Part shown: positions 55,702 through 64,000 of the stretch, in pieces
Numbering within the stretch: position 1 is the first letter of the stretch
How the letters are laid out: each line of letters starts with the position of its first letter
Assembly: GCA_031460175.1 (NCBI GenBank)
Contig: JAVKGW010000010.1
Location: 15,127-79,126 of the forward strand
From: Candidatus Sysuimicrobium tengchongense
GTDB taxonomy: Bacteria > Sysuimicrobiota > Sysuimicrobiia > Sysuimicrobiales > Sysuimicrobiaceae
Direction of reading: 5' to 3'
Length of the DNA: 64,000 nt
The notes under the pieces: generated by a model
Database searches by the model: none
Seen by the model: only the letters and a program-made list of their open reading frames with translations
Told to the model about the DNA's origin: nothing
Program-made: the position numbers and the translations under genes

Positions 55702-56799
55702 CTACCTCGCCGCGGGAAGCGTGAAGGTGAAGGTGCTCCCCTGGCCCGGGCCCTGGCTTTCCGCCCAGATCTGGCCTCCGTGCAATTCCACGAGTCCTTT
55801 GGCAATGGTGAGCCCGATCCCCGTCCCGCCCCCGCGGCGGGACCTCGAGCGATCCACCCGGTAGAACCGGTCGAAGACGTGCGGCAGGTGCTCCGGAGGG
55901 ATCCCGATCCCAGTGTCGGACACGGCCAAGGCCACCTCCCCACCCGTCCGCCATGCCCGCACCATTACCCTTCCCCCGCTCGGCGTGTACCGCAGGGCGT
56001 TGCCGAGGAGGTTGGTGAGGATCTGGGCCACGCGGTCCGGGTCCGCCCGGACCCGCGGAAGGTCCCCAGGAAGCTCCACGGAGAGCTCGATCCCTTTGTC
56101 GTCGAACTGCGGCCGCAGCCGGGCCAACACCCCCTCCAGCACCTCCGCGAGGGATGTCGACCGCAGGTGCAGCGTCACCTGCCCCGCCTCCACCCGGGAC
56201 ACCTCCTGCAGGTCCTCCACCAGGCGCTCCAGCCGCCGGACCTCCCGCTGCATGCGAGCCAGGACCTCCTCGGAGGGCTCCACCACTCCGTCCAGCATTC
56301 CCTCCAGGTACCCCGCTAGGCCCGCGAGCGGTGTGCGCAGCTCGTGGGCCACGTCCGCCACCAGGTCCCGGCGCAGGCCCTCCAGCCGCTGGAGGGCCGC
56401 GGCCATGCGGTTGAACTGCTCTGCGAGGTCCCCGAGCTCATCCTGAGAGATCACGGGGACGCGCTCCTCGTAATGGCCTGCCGCCACGCGCTCCGCCGCC
56501 GCCCGCACCGCCTCCACGGGGCCTACGATCCGCCGCGCACAGAAGGCGGCCACCGTGAACGCCACGAACACGGAAGCGGCCACGGCCACCAGCACCGCAG
56601 TGCCCACCGCCCGTCGGAACCCCGCGAACAGTTCCTGCACGAGCTCCTCGTCGTGTCCGAGCCGATCCGCCATGGTGGCCAGGTGCTCTCGGAAGGCGGC
56701 CGGCGCGAGCCCCCACGCGGTCCCCCAGGCCACCACCGCCCCGGCCAGGATCACCACCAGAAAGGCCAGAAGGAGCTTCGGGAACAGGCGCCTGAGCAT
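55702..56799 (-). CDS. two-component sensor histidine kinase (CusS/CopS-like)
   Basis: Two TM helices, a HAMP domain, an H-box (VADVAHELRTPLAGLAGYLEGM) and HATPase G-boxes (GGTGIGLTIAKGLVELHGGQIWAES). ATG at 56799, directly after the response-regulator stop. Confidence 0.9.
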   Translation of the reverse strand: MLRRLFPKLLLAFLVVILAGAVVAWGTAWGLAPAAFREHLATMADRLGHDEELVQELFAGFRRAVGTAVLVAVAASVFVAFTVAAFCARRIVGPVEAVRAAAERVAAGHYEERVPVISQDELGDLAEQFNRMAAALQRLEGLRRDLVADVAHELRTPLAGLAGYLEGMLDGVVEPSEEVLARMQREVRRLERLVEDLQEVSRVEAGQVTLHLRSTSLAEVLEGVLARLRPQFDDKGIELSVELPGDLPRVRADPDRVAQILTNLLGNALRYTPSGGRVMVRAWRTGGEVALAVSDTGIGIPPEHLPHVFDRFYRVDRSRSRRGGGTGIGLTIAKGLVELHGGQIWAESQGPGQGSTFTFTLPAAR

Positions 56800-57489
56800 T
56801 CACACGGGCTCGTCCACGAACTTGTAGCCCACGCCCCGCACGGTCTGGACGAAGGCTGGATGCGCGGGATCGTCCCCGAGCTTCCGCCGCAGCTCCTTGA
56901 TGTGGACGTCCACCACCCGTTCGTCCCCGAAGTAGTCGTGGCCCCACACCCGCTCGATGAGCTGCTCCCGGGTCCACACCCGACCGGGGAAAGAGGCCAG
57001 GGTCCACAAGAGCTCGAACTCCAGGGTCGTGAGCGCTACGGGCTCTCCGCCCCGGTAGACCTCCCGGCGGACGGGGTCGATGCGCAGCCGCCGGAACACG
57101 AGGGGAGCCTTCGAGGGCTCGACCCGAGCCCGGCCCCGACGGAGGACCGCCCGGATCCGCGCCACCAGTTCCCGCGGGCTAAAGGGCTTGGTGACGTAGT
57201 CGTCGGCCCCCAGCTCCAGTCCCACCACGCGGTCGGCTTCTTCCGTCTTCGCGGTGAGCAGGATCACGTACGGACCGGCCTCCCTTCGCAACCTCCGCAG
57301 GACCTCTAGCCCATCTAGGCCGGGGAGAAGCACATCCAACACCACGACGTCGGGGCCGGAGGCGCGGGCGATCCGGAGTGCTTCCTCTCCATCCCGAGCC
57401 ACTTGGACCTCAAACCCCTCCCGGCTCAGGTATGAACGCAGGAGATCGAGGATGGTCTCGTCGTCGTCTACCACGAGGACCCGGACCAT
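56800..57489 (-). CDS. OmpR-family response regulator (CusR/CopR-like)
   Basis: MVRVLVVDDDETILDLLRSYLSREGFEVQVARDGEEAL...DVLLPGLDGLEVLRRLR... receiver domain, plus a winged-helix C-domain (...VWGHDYFGDERVVDVHIKELRRKLG...VRGVGYKF). Confidence 0.92.
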   Translation of the reverse strand: MVRVLVVDDDETILDLLRSYLSREGFEVQVARDGEEALRIARASGPDVVVLDVLLPGLDGLEVLRRLRREAGPYVILLTAKTEEADRVVGLELGADDYVTKPFSPRELVARIRAVLRRGRARVEPSKAPLVFRRLRIDPVRREVYRGGEPVALTTLEFELLWTLASFPGRVWTREQLIERVWGHDYFGDERVVDVHIKELRRKLGDDPAHPAFVQTVRGVGYKFVDEPV

Positions 57490-57517
57490 GCCACCTTCAT
57501 GGTAGACGTTGGGCGGT

Positions 57518-57850
57518 CTATTGGAGGAGCTTGCGCAGCTCCTCGTACTGCTCCGGGGTGATCTCCCCCTTCGCCAGGCGCTGCCGCAGGATCTGCAGGG
57601 CGGTATCCTGCGTCTCCCGGCGGGTCAGTCCGAGCACCACCAGCACGATTCCCGCCACCAGGACCAACACCACCAACAGGCCTACCACGTTGCCCCAGCC
57701 CCAACTGCCCCACCGGCCCATCATCCCGGGCCCCATCATCCCAGGCCCCATCATCCATCCCCAGCTTCCCATGCCCATCCAGAGGGCCGGAAGGAGCAGC
57801 AGGACTCCGATCACCACCACGGCCACCACGAGCGCCTCTCGCCAGCCCAT
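57518..57850 (-). CDS. SHOCT-domain membrane protein with Met/Gly/Trp-rich loop
   Basis: ATG at 57850 with GAGGAGG RBS. TM - GSWGWMMGPGMMGPGMMGRWGSWGWG - TM, then a C-terminal SHOCT (ALQILRQRLAKGEITPEQYEELRKLLQ). Confidence 0.6.
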   Translation of the reverse strand: MGWREALVVAVVVIGVLLLLPALWMGMGSWGWMMGPGMMGPGMMGRWGSWGWGNVVGLLVVLVLVAGIVLVVLGLTRRETQDTALQILRQRLAKGEITPEQYEELRKLLQ

Positions 57851-57860
57851 CCCGACCTCC

Positions 57861-58466
57861 TCACAGCTCCGTTTCCCGCACGAACGCCCCGTGCCAGCTG
57901 TGGTACCACACCTGGCCCGTGTACGCGTTCACGCTCAGCATCCCAAAGAGCCTGCCCCCCTGCTCCACGTCGAAGGTGAAGTAGCCGTAGAACTCCGTGC
58001 CCTCATCCGGCTCCGCACCGGGGAGCGTGCTCCGGAGGAACTCCTGCGCGAGCTGCCGGGCGCGGTCCCTGGAGAGGGGCGGCGTTTCGGGCCACGCTCC
58101 GGAACCCGGGCCCATCATGCCGCCCATGTGTCCGTACTTGGTGTTCCACATCATGTTGGGCCCGGGTTCCGGGTGCACGAACCCGTCCCGCTCGACGATG
58201 AGTTCCATGGCTCCCTTCCCCGTGTCGCGCTCCACCACGAGCACGTAGAAGTGGTTGGTGAACTCCATGACCTCCTTGGGGGCAAGGTCCGTGTACCCCC
58301 AGCGGGCGAGCTCTTGTCGGACGAGATCCGCCGCAGCTTCCAAGGTCGCCGGTCCGGGCCCCGTTCCCGGCCAGGGACCTCCCGCCTCCGTGAACCACAT
58401 CCCCACGGCCAGCGCGAGGCCGGAGAGGATCAGACCCACCCCGGCCCACACGTACCCTCGATGCAT
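57861..58466 (-). CDS. exported hypothetical protein (PepSY-like beta-rich fold)
   Basis: ATG at 58466 with GGAGGGG RBS. MHRGYVWAGVGLILSGLALAVGMW anchor/signal, with ...MELIVERDGFVHPEPGPNMMWNTKYGHMGGMMGPG... and a ...YFTFDVEQGGRLFGMLSVNAYTGQVWYHSWHG tail. Confidence 0.5.
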   Translation of the reverse strand: MHRGYVWAGVGLILSGLALAVGMWFTEAGGPWPGTGPGPATLEAAADLVRQELARWGYTDLAPKEVMEFTNHFYVLVVERDTGKGAMELIVERDGFVHPEPGPNMMWNTKYGHMGGMMGPGSGAWPETPPLSRDRARQLAQEFLRSTLPGAEPDEGTEFYGYFTFDVEQGGRLFGMLSVNAYTGQVWYHSWHGAFVRETEL

Positions 58467-58534
58467 CCTTCCCCTCCGACTTCATTCTACGGCGGACTGC
58501 GGCGGGCCGGGTTTTCGCCCCCGGGTCGCCTCGT

Positions 58535-58696
58535 TCACCCCTCCTTGCTCGCGTACTTCTCCGGCTCCCGGTCGAACGTGGCCTTGCAGTGCGCGGAACA
58601 GAAGTAGTACGTCTGGCCCTGGTATTCGGATTTCCCCGCCGCCCGCACGGGGTCCACCTCCATCCCGCACACCGGGTCCTTCACGCGCTCCGCCAT
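58535..58696 (-). CDS. YHS/TRASH-domain small metal-binding protein (53 aa)
   Basis: ATG at 58696 with GGGAGGAGGGAGG RBS. MAERVKDPVCGMEVDPVRAAGKSEYQGQTYYFCSAHCKATFDREPEKY is the YHS motif (DPVCGM...YYFCS..C). It is the real C-terminal part of table ORF 58535..58810. Confidence 0.7.
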   Translation of the reverse strand: MAERVKDPVCGMEVDPVRAAGKSEYQGQTYYFCSAHCKATFDREPEKYASKEG

Positions 58697-58888
58697 GGAT
58701 CCTCCCTCCTCCCGTGTCGTGCTTGGGCCCGTCCGGGCCTTACAAACCTGCCAGACGCTCACGCCCACTCCAACGAAGTTCACAGCAATCCCCAGGGTTA
58801 TGAGCGGCACCCGCTAGGCCGCCAGGGCTCCCGCCACCCTGCCACCGCGGGCAGGCCTGCGCAGGTTGCGCTCTTCGTGGGCACATCG

Positions 58889-59335
58889 CTAGTTCCCGAA
58901 CTCGAATGCCAGGACCCGCTCGGCGACTCCCGCAAGGTCACGGACCACCAGCGCCAGGCGGTCCGGCAGTGGGTTGGGGACGGGAAAGTACAGCACGCCC
59001 GTCCGGTGGTGGGAGCTCGAGCGCTCCTCCTCCCAGCGCAGGGGCCGCAGCTCCGCACCCGCACCGGCCCTCAGCCCCACGTGGGCCAGCACGTCGAACC
59101 CCGACAGGTCCACGGAGTGCGTGTCCAGGGAGAGGCGAAAGGCGACCGCGCCATCCCGGAAGCCCTGCCAGGTGGCGGTCACCGTGACCCCGCCCGCCCC
59201 ACGGTCGCGGATCGTCGCCTGGACCGGGCGAACCGGCTCCGCCGAAGAGGCCGCCGGGACCAATCGCCACCCCTCCGAGCCGAGGAGTGTAAACACGAAG
59301 GCGGACACAGCCAAGATGTGAAGCGGTCTGCGCAT
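58889..59335 (-). CDS. exported hypothetical protein (148 aa)
   Basis: ATG at 59335 with GGAGGTGA RBS. MRRPLHILAVSAFVFTLLG signal, then a beta-rich domain (VTVTATWQGFRDGAVAFRLSLDTHSVDLSGFDV...). No family recognised. Confidence 0.5.
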   Translation of the reverse strand: MRRPLHILAVSAFVFTLLGSEGWRLVPAASSAEPVRPVQATIRDRGAGGVTVTATWQGFRDGAVAFRLSLDTHSVDLSGFDVLAHVGLRAGAGAELRPLRWEEERSSSHHRTGVLYFPVPNPLPDRLALVVRDLAGVAERVLAFEFGN

Positions 59336-59443
59336 CCCTCTCTCACCTCCGGTTGACAGGGTCCACGGCCCCTGTGAAGGCTCCTTAATCGGCGTGTGAA
59401 GAGTCGGTGAACCCCGCCGTGCCGCCCGCTCACAGTCTGCCGC

Positions 59444-60667
59444 TCAGTCGCCGCGGACCGAAAACCCCGCAGCCTCTACCGCAGAGAGGAGCACCCGGGC
59501 GTGCTCCGCGTCGCGCGTCTCCACGAGCAGCGTGACCTCTGCTTCCCCGATGGGGACCTCGGGTGCGAGGCGGTCATGTTCCACGGTGACCACGTTGGCG
59601 CCCTGATGGGCCACCACGTCCAGCAACCGACGGAGGCTCCCGGGTCGGTCCACCAGGCGCGTGCGCAGCCGCAGCAGGCGTCCGGTCTTCACGAGTCCCC
59701 GATCCACCACGCGCACGAGGGTGTTCAGGTCCACGTTGCCCCCGCTCACCACGGCCACGGTGCGCACGTCCCGCAGCTCCGTCTTTCCGTACACCAGAGC
59801 CGCCACCGCGGCCGCTCCGGCACCCTCCGCCACCAGCTTCGCCCGTTCCAGCAACAGCACCATAGCCCCCGCGAGCTCGTCCTCCTCCACCGTGACCATG
59901 TCGTCCACCCACCGCCGCAGCAGCCGCAGGACCCCTTCCCGCGTCGACCTCACCGCCAGCCCGTCCGCCAGGGTGCGGCGGGCGGGGACTTCCACCACCC
60001 GGCCCTCGTGCCACGCCCGCCAGACCGCGGGAGCCGCCGCCGCCTGCACGCCCACGACCCGCACGTCCGGCCTGAGGGACTTCACGGCCACCGCGACACC
60101 CGCGGCGAGACCTCCGCCCCCCACCGGCACCACCACCGCCTCCACCTCCGGGAGCTGGTCCACGATCTCCAGGCCCACGGTCCCCTGGCCCGCGATCACC
60201 GCGGGGTCGTCGAAGGCGTGTACCAACACCGCGCCGTGCTGCTCCTGCAAGGTCCGGGCGTGCGCGAAAGCCTCCTCGAAGTCCTGGCCGTAGAGCACCA
60301 CCTCCGCGCCGTACCCCCGGGTGGACTCCACCTTGACGAGAGGCGCGCCTTCCGGCATCACCACCGTGGCGCGCACGCCCAGCTCCCGTGCCGCCAGGGC
60401 CACCCCCTGGGCGTGGTTCCCCGCGGAGGCGGCCACGACCCCGCGCCGCCGTTCTTCCACGCTCAGCAACCGGATTCGGTTAAAGGCGCCGCGCACCTTG
60501 AAGGAGCCCGTGCGCTGCAGGTTCTCCGCCTTGAGCCAGAGCTCCACCCCTGCCAGCCGGCCCAGGGCTCCCGCACGCAACAGCGGGGTCTGGTGCACGT
60601 GGGGCCGTAGGGCGGCCGCGGCCTCTCGGATGTCCTCCAACCGGATGTGGAAATCCGCGTCCCGCAA
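59444..60667 (-). CDS. ilvA: threonine ammonia-lyase (biosynthetic threonine dehydratase) with single C-terminal ACT-like domain
   Basis: PLP-fold motifs LKAENLQRTGSFKVRGAFNRI (Lys of SFK) and GNHAQGVALAA, plus a C-terminal regulatory domain. TTG start at 60667. Confidence 0.9.
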   Translation of the reverse strand: MRDADFHIRLEDIREAAAALRPHVHQTPLLRAGALGRLAGVELWLKAENLQRTGSFKVRGAFNRIRLLSVEERRRGVVAASAGNHAQGVALAARELGVRATVVMPEGAPLVKVESTRGYGAEVVLYGQDFEEAFAHARTLQEQHGAVLVHAFDDPAVIAGQGTVGLEIVDQLPEVEAVVVPVGGGGLAAGVAVAVKSLRPDVRVVGVQAAAAPAVWRAWHEGRVVEVPARRTLADGLAVRSTREGVLRLLRRWVDDMVTVEEDELAGAMVLLLERAKLVAEGAGAAAVAALVYGKTELRDVRTVAVVSGGNVDLNTLVRVVDRGLVKTGRLLRLRTRLVDRPGSLRRLLDVVAHQGANVVTVEHDRLAPEVPIGEAEVTLLVETRDAEHARVLLSAVEAAGFSVRGD

Positions 60668-60691
60668 CGGGGTGCTCCGTCTCGGCCACGT

Positions 60692-62776
60692 TTAAAACGG
60701 CCACCGGCCCAGGAGGGCCCACAGGGCCGCGTCCCCGATCCCCCGGGCGAGCAAAGGCCCCCAAAGGCTTCCGGTAAGCCGGCGCACCAGGAAGAAGGCG
60801 GCGCCGCTCAGGAGGTGCCAGGCGATGACCTCTCCCCTCGCGCCCACATACAGGAGGAGAGTACCTGCCTGGGAGAGGATGAAGGCGGCGAGGGGGGAGA
60901 AGGAAAGGGAGGCAGGGAGCACGCCCCGCAGCCAGATCTCCTCCGCGGCTCCGAACGCAAGGTTCGCCGCAACGCTCCCGGAGCCGGGCAATTGGAAGAA
61001 CAGAGGAATCCCCTGGGCCGCGAACCCCGCTTGCACGAGCCACACCGCCATTCCCGAAAACCCCGCGGAACTGAGCAGGCTCGCGGGGTGGCGGGCGCGC
61101 ACAAGTCCGACCCTCCGGGGATCCGGGCAGACCGCGAGGGCCACCGCGCAGAGGAGAAGACCGGTGGCAAACGGGCCGAGTTCGAGGATCCGTCCTAACG
61201 TCGCGGCGGCTGCCGGAAGGAGGAACGGGAGCATGACCTCCCGACGCATCCACGGGAGCACGGCGGGTAGGACCATCCCCCCCAGCACCCCCGCAGCCCC
61301 CCACACCCACAGATCTCCCCACCGGGCGTAGGGCGTGAGGTCCTCTCTAGGCTCGATGCGGCCGGAGATCCAGCCCTGCGTCACCTGCGGAAGCTGCGCC
61401 TGGAGGCGACCTGTACGTTCGATGATCCCGGAGACCCCGATGCTGGCCGCCCGCACCACGTCCCGTCCCAGTTCCACCGCCCGCACCACCGCGAAGCCCA
61501 GGTGCTGCACGGGCCCCGCGGACTGTCCGAACCACCCCTCCTCCGAGGAGTGGACGAGGTAACGGGCTCCACCGACCACGAGGGCCCGGGCAGAGGCGGG
61601 ATACACGATCTCGTAGCACAACAGGATTCCCGCGGGCCCCTCCGGGGCAGGAACCGGCCGGTACCCCGGACCCGGATCCGCCCACCACTCTCCGAGGGGC
61701 ACCAGGCGCGCCTTATCGTGCCGCCCCACCACCTCCCCCCGCTCCACCACCACCGCGGAGTTCCGGCGGCCGTCGATCTCCCCGGTGGCCACGAGGGCCA
61801 CATCCTCGGGGACCGCGGTCCGGATGAGGGGATCGAGGAGCTCGTCCCGGAGGAGGGGAGCTGGCCAGTAATGCTCGGGCCACACCACGAGCCGTGCCCC
61901 CGAGCGCACCGCCTCCCGGGTGAGCCGGAGGAGGGTTTCCTGAGTCGTTGGGGCATAATCGGGATCGAGCTTGCGCTGCTGCACCAGGTTGGGCTGGATG
62001 GCGGCCACGGGGATGCGCGGCTTCTTCTCCACCTCTAGGCGCTCAAGCCTCGCATTTCCCCACCCCCACGCCAGAGCCACCAGGATCAGGGGCAGGAGTC
62101 CTAAAGGCTTGCGGAGCAGGAGGAGCGCAAATCCCGCATTCGCCCCCACCACCGCGGCGGAGACCAGATACACCCCGCCCACGGACGCGAGCTGCAGGAT
62201 CGGCAGGTTCGTCCACTGGGAGTAGCCCACGAGTCCCCAGGGAAAGGAGGCGGTCCCCAGACTGCGCAGCCACTCCACCACTACCCAGGCGAGAAGGGTT
62301 CCCACCACCCACCGGCCTTCTCCTCCGCGGGAGGTCGCAGCGCTCGCGAGGGCTCCGAAGAGGGCGGAGTACCCCGCGCTGAACACCGCCACCGCGGCGT
62401 AGGCGGCAAACCCCAGGCTCACGAGCCAGGTGAGCAGTACCCCGTAGAAGGCGAGCCCGAACAGAAAGCCAACCCCCGCAGCAGGAGCCGGGCGCACTCC
62501 CCGCAGGGCCAGGAGCAACGGCACGAGCGCTCCCCACGCGAGCGGCCACCACCCGGGGTGGGGGAAGCTCAAAGCCAGTAGGACGCCCGAGAGGACGGCG
62601 GCCCCGTACCTGGACCGGGCAGGACCTGCAGCCGGCCAGGGTCGGCCAACCCCTGCGGCCTTCCGCGCGCCGGCAGGCAGGGGAGGAGTCAGGATGCCCC
62701 GCACGAGGCAACTATAACACGGCGGGACGTGACCACCGCACGGGCGGTCTTCCTTGACCTCTAGGCAACCGGCCAA
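60692..62776 (-). CDS. lnt: apolipoprotein N-acyltransferase (Lnt) fused to a C-terminal CPBP-family (CAAX/Abi) intramembrane protease domain, 694 aa
   Basis: The N-terminal about 500 aa has Lnt membrane helices plus a CN-hydrolase domain (EHYWPAP, KARLVPLGEW, ILLCYEIVYPA). The C-terminal about 190 aa has 5-6 further TM helices with CPBP motifs EExxxR (GAAEEIWLRGVL) and FxxxH-type (VIAWHLLSG). One uninterrupted reading frame. TTG start at 62776; the true start may be internal. Confidence 0.75.
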   Translation of the reverse strand: MAGCLEVKEDRPCGGHVPPCYSCLVRGILTPPLPAGARKAAGVGRPWPAAGPARSRYGAAVLSGVLLALSFPHPGWWPLAWGALVPLLLALRGVRPAPAAGVGFLFGLAFYGVLLTWLVSLGFAAYAAVAVFSAGYSALFGALASAATSRGGEGRWVVGTLLAWVVVEWLRSLGTASFPWGLVGYSQWTNLPILQLASVGGVYLVSAAVVGANAGFALLLLRKPLGLLPLILVALAWGWGNARLERLEVEKKPRIPVAAIQPNLVQQRKLDPDYAPTTQETLLRLTREAVRSGARLVVWPEHYWPAPLLRDELLDPLIRTAVPEDVALVATGEIDGRRNSAVVVERGEVVGRHDKARLVPLGEWWADPGPGYRPVPAPEGPAGILLCYEIVYPASARALVVGGARYLVHSSEEGWFGQSAGPVQHLGFAVVRAVELGRDVVRAASIGVSGIIERTGRLQAQLPQVTQGWISGRIEPREDLTPYARWGDLWVWGAAGVLGGMVLPAVLPWMRREVMLPFLLPAAAATLGRILELGPFATGLLLCAVALAVCPDPRRVGLVRARHPASLLSSAGFSGMAVWLVQAGFAAQGIPLFFQLPGSGSVAANLAFGAAEEIWLRGVLPASLSFSPLAAFILSQAGTLLLYVGARGEVIAWHLLSGAAFFLVRRLTGSLWGPLLARGIGDAALWALLGRWPF

Positions 62777-62820
62777 TAGAATTATTACGTGATATAACTC
62801 GATACATCTTGGAGGTTGTC

Positions 62821-63312
62821 ATGTTCGCCCGACCCTGGGGGCCCTGGCCCCGCGGACGGGTGGTCGGTCGCGGGGATCTCAAGTACCTGATTCTGGACGT
62901 TCTCAAGGACCGCCCGATGCACGGCTACGACGTCCTGCGGGCCCTCCAGGAACGGTTCGGCGGCTTCTACGCCCCCAGTCCGGGAGCGGTGTACCCCACC
63001 CTGCAGATGCTGGAGGACATGGGCTACCTGTCCTCGACCCTGCAGGATGGCAAACGCGTGTACGCCCTTACCGAGGAGGGGCGCAGGCTCCTTGAAGAGG
63101 GCAAGGCGATGGTCAAGGGGGTCGAGGAGCGGTTCGGGGACTGGCGGTGCCGGTGGGCATCCGTGTACCGGGAGTTGTGGGAGTTGGGGATGATCCTGCG
63201 CCGCGTGGGGCCGTGGAGGCACCCGAAGCCTGAGCAGCTGGAGCGCGTGCGCGAGATCCTCGTGCGGGCCCGGACGGAGGTGGAGGCCGTGCTGCGGGAG
63301 GACCTGACGTGA
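62821..63312 (+). CDS. PadR-family transcriptional regulator
   Basis: ATG at 62821, 5 nt after GGAGG. ...YLILDVLKDRPMHGYDVLRALQERFGGFYAPSPGAVYPTLQMLEDMGYLSSTLQDGKRVYALTEEGRRLL is the PadR wHTH signature. It is preceded by an AT-rich stretch (aattattacgtgatataactcgatacatc). Confidence 0.8.
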   Translation: MFARPWGPWPRGRVVGRGDLKYLILDVLKDRPMHGYDVLRALQERFGGFYAPSPGAVYPTLQMLEDMGYLSSTLQDGKRVYALTEEGRRLLEEGKAMVKGVEERFGDWRCRWASVYRELWELGMILRRVGPWRHPKPEQLERVREILVRARTEVEAVLREDLT

Positions 63313-63617
63313 TCCGGCTGGAGTTCTTTCACCGGATCAACGCGGACCTGATGGCGACCCGGCCCTTCGACTACCCCTACTCCATGCCGGGTCTGAAGGC
63401 GTGTAAGGCCGCCGAGTTCCAGGGCGGGCACGCCGCCCACTGGGACATGTTCGATCGCGTCCAGCGGGCCCACCTGACGGAGTGCCTGAACATCGCCGAT
63501 TTCGAGGTACTACGGCAGTGCGCGGCGGACGTGGGGCTGGATGAGGAGGTGACGAAGGAGTGTCCGAGCGCGCATCCCCGCGTCCCGTGTTACCCATCTG
63601 GCAAGGGTGGGTTCTAG
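63309..63617 (+). CDS. DsbA-like thioredoxin-fold protein, apparently lacking the N-terminal CxxC half
   Basis: GTG at 63309 overlaps the PadR stop (GTGA). ...HAAHWDMFDRVQRAHLTECLNIADFEVLRQCAADVGLDEE resembles the C-terminal part of FrnE/DsbA-like proteins, but no N-terminal CxxC is present. Confidence 0.35.
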   Translation: MIRLEFFHRINADLMATRPFDYPYSMPGLKACKAAEFQGGHAAHWDMFDRVQRAHLTECLNIADFEVLRQCAADVGLDEEVTKECPSAHPRVPCYPSGKGGF

Positions 63618-64000
63618 CCCTCGTCAGCGCCGCAGTGGCCAACGAGCTGTTGCGGCTCGCGGCCACCGCCCTGTTTCCGGTACCCCCCGCCTTCCAGCCG
63701 CTCACCCGCCCGGCGGTGTTCTTCTGGACGGCGGTCGGCACCACGGGGGCGGCGCTAGTGTACGCGGCGCTACGGCGGTACGCCGCAGACCCGGCGCGCA
63801 CCTTCCGCCGCGTGGCCCTGGCGGTGCTCGTCCTGTCCTGGATCCCGGACGTCTTGCTGCTCGTAAGCCCGCCTGCTCAGCTTCCGCCGGCACTCCCCGA
63901 GGCCGTGGTCACCCTGATGGTGCTCCACCTGCCGCCGTGGCTGGCCTCCGTGGGGTTCCTGACGGGAGGCGTGCTGCCCCGCCGGCAGGGCGGTGGAGTT
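63560..64000 (+). CDS. hypothetical membrane protein, runs off window
   Basis: Frame-2 translation from GTG 63560/63587 gives VLPIWQGWVLALVSAAVANELLRLAATALFPVPPAFQPLTRPAVFFWTAVGTTGAALVYAAL...LAVLVLSWIPDVLLLVSPP...VVTLMVLHLPPWLASVGFLTGGVL with four hydrophobic helices. It is not in the ORF table because there is no stop within the window. Confidence 0.4.
   Translation, partial: MSERASPRPVLPIWQGWVLALVSAAVANELLRLAATALFPVPPAFQPLTRPAVFFWTAVGTTGAALVYAALRRYAADPARTFRRVALAVLVLSWIPDVLLLVSPPAQLPPALPEAVVTLMVLHLPPWLASVGFLTGGVLPRRQGGGV

Noticed and set aside
1-64000. CRISPR arrays, tRNA/rRNA genes, IS elements/transposases, integrases, phage structural genes
   Set aside because: I scanned intergenic stretches and repeated motifs. 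I found no spaced direct repeats, no tRNA-like cloverleaf-sized gaps with conserved T-loop, and no transposase or integrase-like translations. The only recurring short motif is the CTTGACA -35 element.

Overview
This is a high-GC (about 68-70%) chromosomal segment with thermophile-like codon and amino-acid usage (rich in Arg, Glu, Leu, Val). The gene content fits a diderm (outer-membrane-bearing) Firmicute, possibly Limnochordia-like: glmU-prs operon order, a SpoIVB/S55-type protease, CcdA/ResA-type cytochrome c biogenesis genes, and a minus-strand outer-membrane/lipid A cluster tamB-bamA-skp-skp-skp-lpxD-(unknown)-lpxC-fabZ. The main blocks, left to right, are:
- 1-18.5 kb: the OM/LPS cluster, then S55 protease, wecB, wecA, prs and glmU, all on the minus strand and heavily translationally coupled (ATGA/GTGA overlaps).
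- 18.6-25 kb: a Mn(yybP-ykoY)-type riboswitch plus TerC gene, two convergent hypothetical genes, a LMW-PTP coupled to heme A synthase, and transketolase.
- 25.1-29.9 kb: a TPR-CHAT caspase-like protease, an overlapping intracellular subtilisin (S8), a Spy/CpxP-like periplasmic protein and a terminator.
- 30-34 kb: a flotillin with a membrane partner, and glnA.
- 34-41.5 kb: a thiol/mercury redox block with ccdA, tlpA, a truncated merA copy joined head-on to a Crp/Fnr gene fragment, a Tat-exported protein, a DsrE-like gene, an Ohr/OsmC-like gene interrupted by an in-frame TGA, and full merA.
- 41.5-46.3 kb: GH130, a Cys-rich micro-ORF, a lone BMC-shell-domain gene and three paralogous membrane proteins.
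- 46.3-49.4 kb: the gnd-zwf-pgl oxidative pentose-phosphate operon.
- 49.5-59.3 kb: a copper homeostasis island with arsR, csoR-copA-small TM-copZ, ICMT, two cupredoxins, copRS, SHOCT, PepSY-like and YHS genes.
- 59.4-64 kb: ilvA, an Lnt-CPBP fusion and a PadR unit.
No rRNA, tRNA, CRISPR array or transposase was recognised. Most plus/minus 'shadow' ORFs in the six-frame track are GC artefacts. The leads I would pursue first are the CHAT + S8 two-protease operon, the candidate selenocysteine Ohr-like gene, the merA'/crp' deletion junction, the orphan BMC gene with its Cys-rich micro-ORF, the giant coiled-coil Skp, the motif-permuted S55 protease and the Lnt-CPBP fusion.
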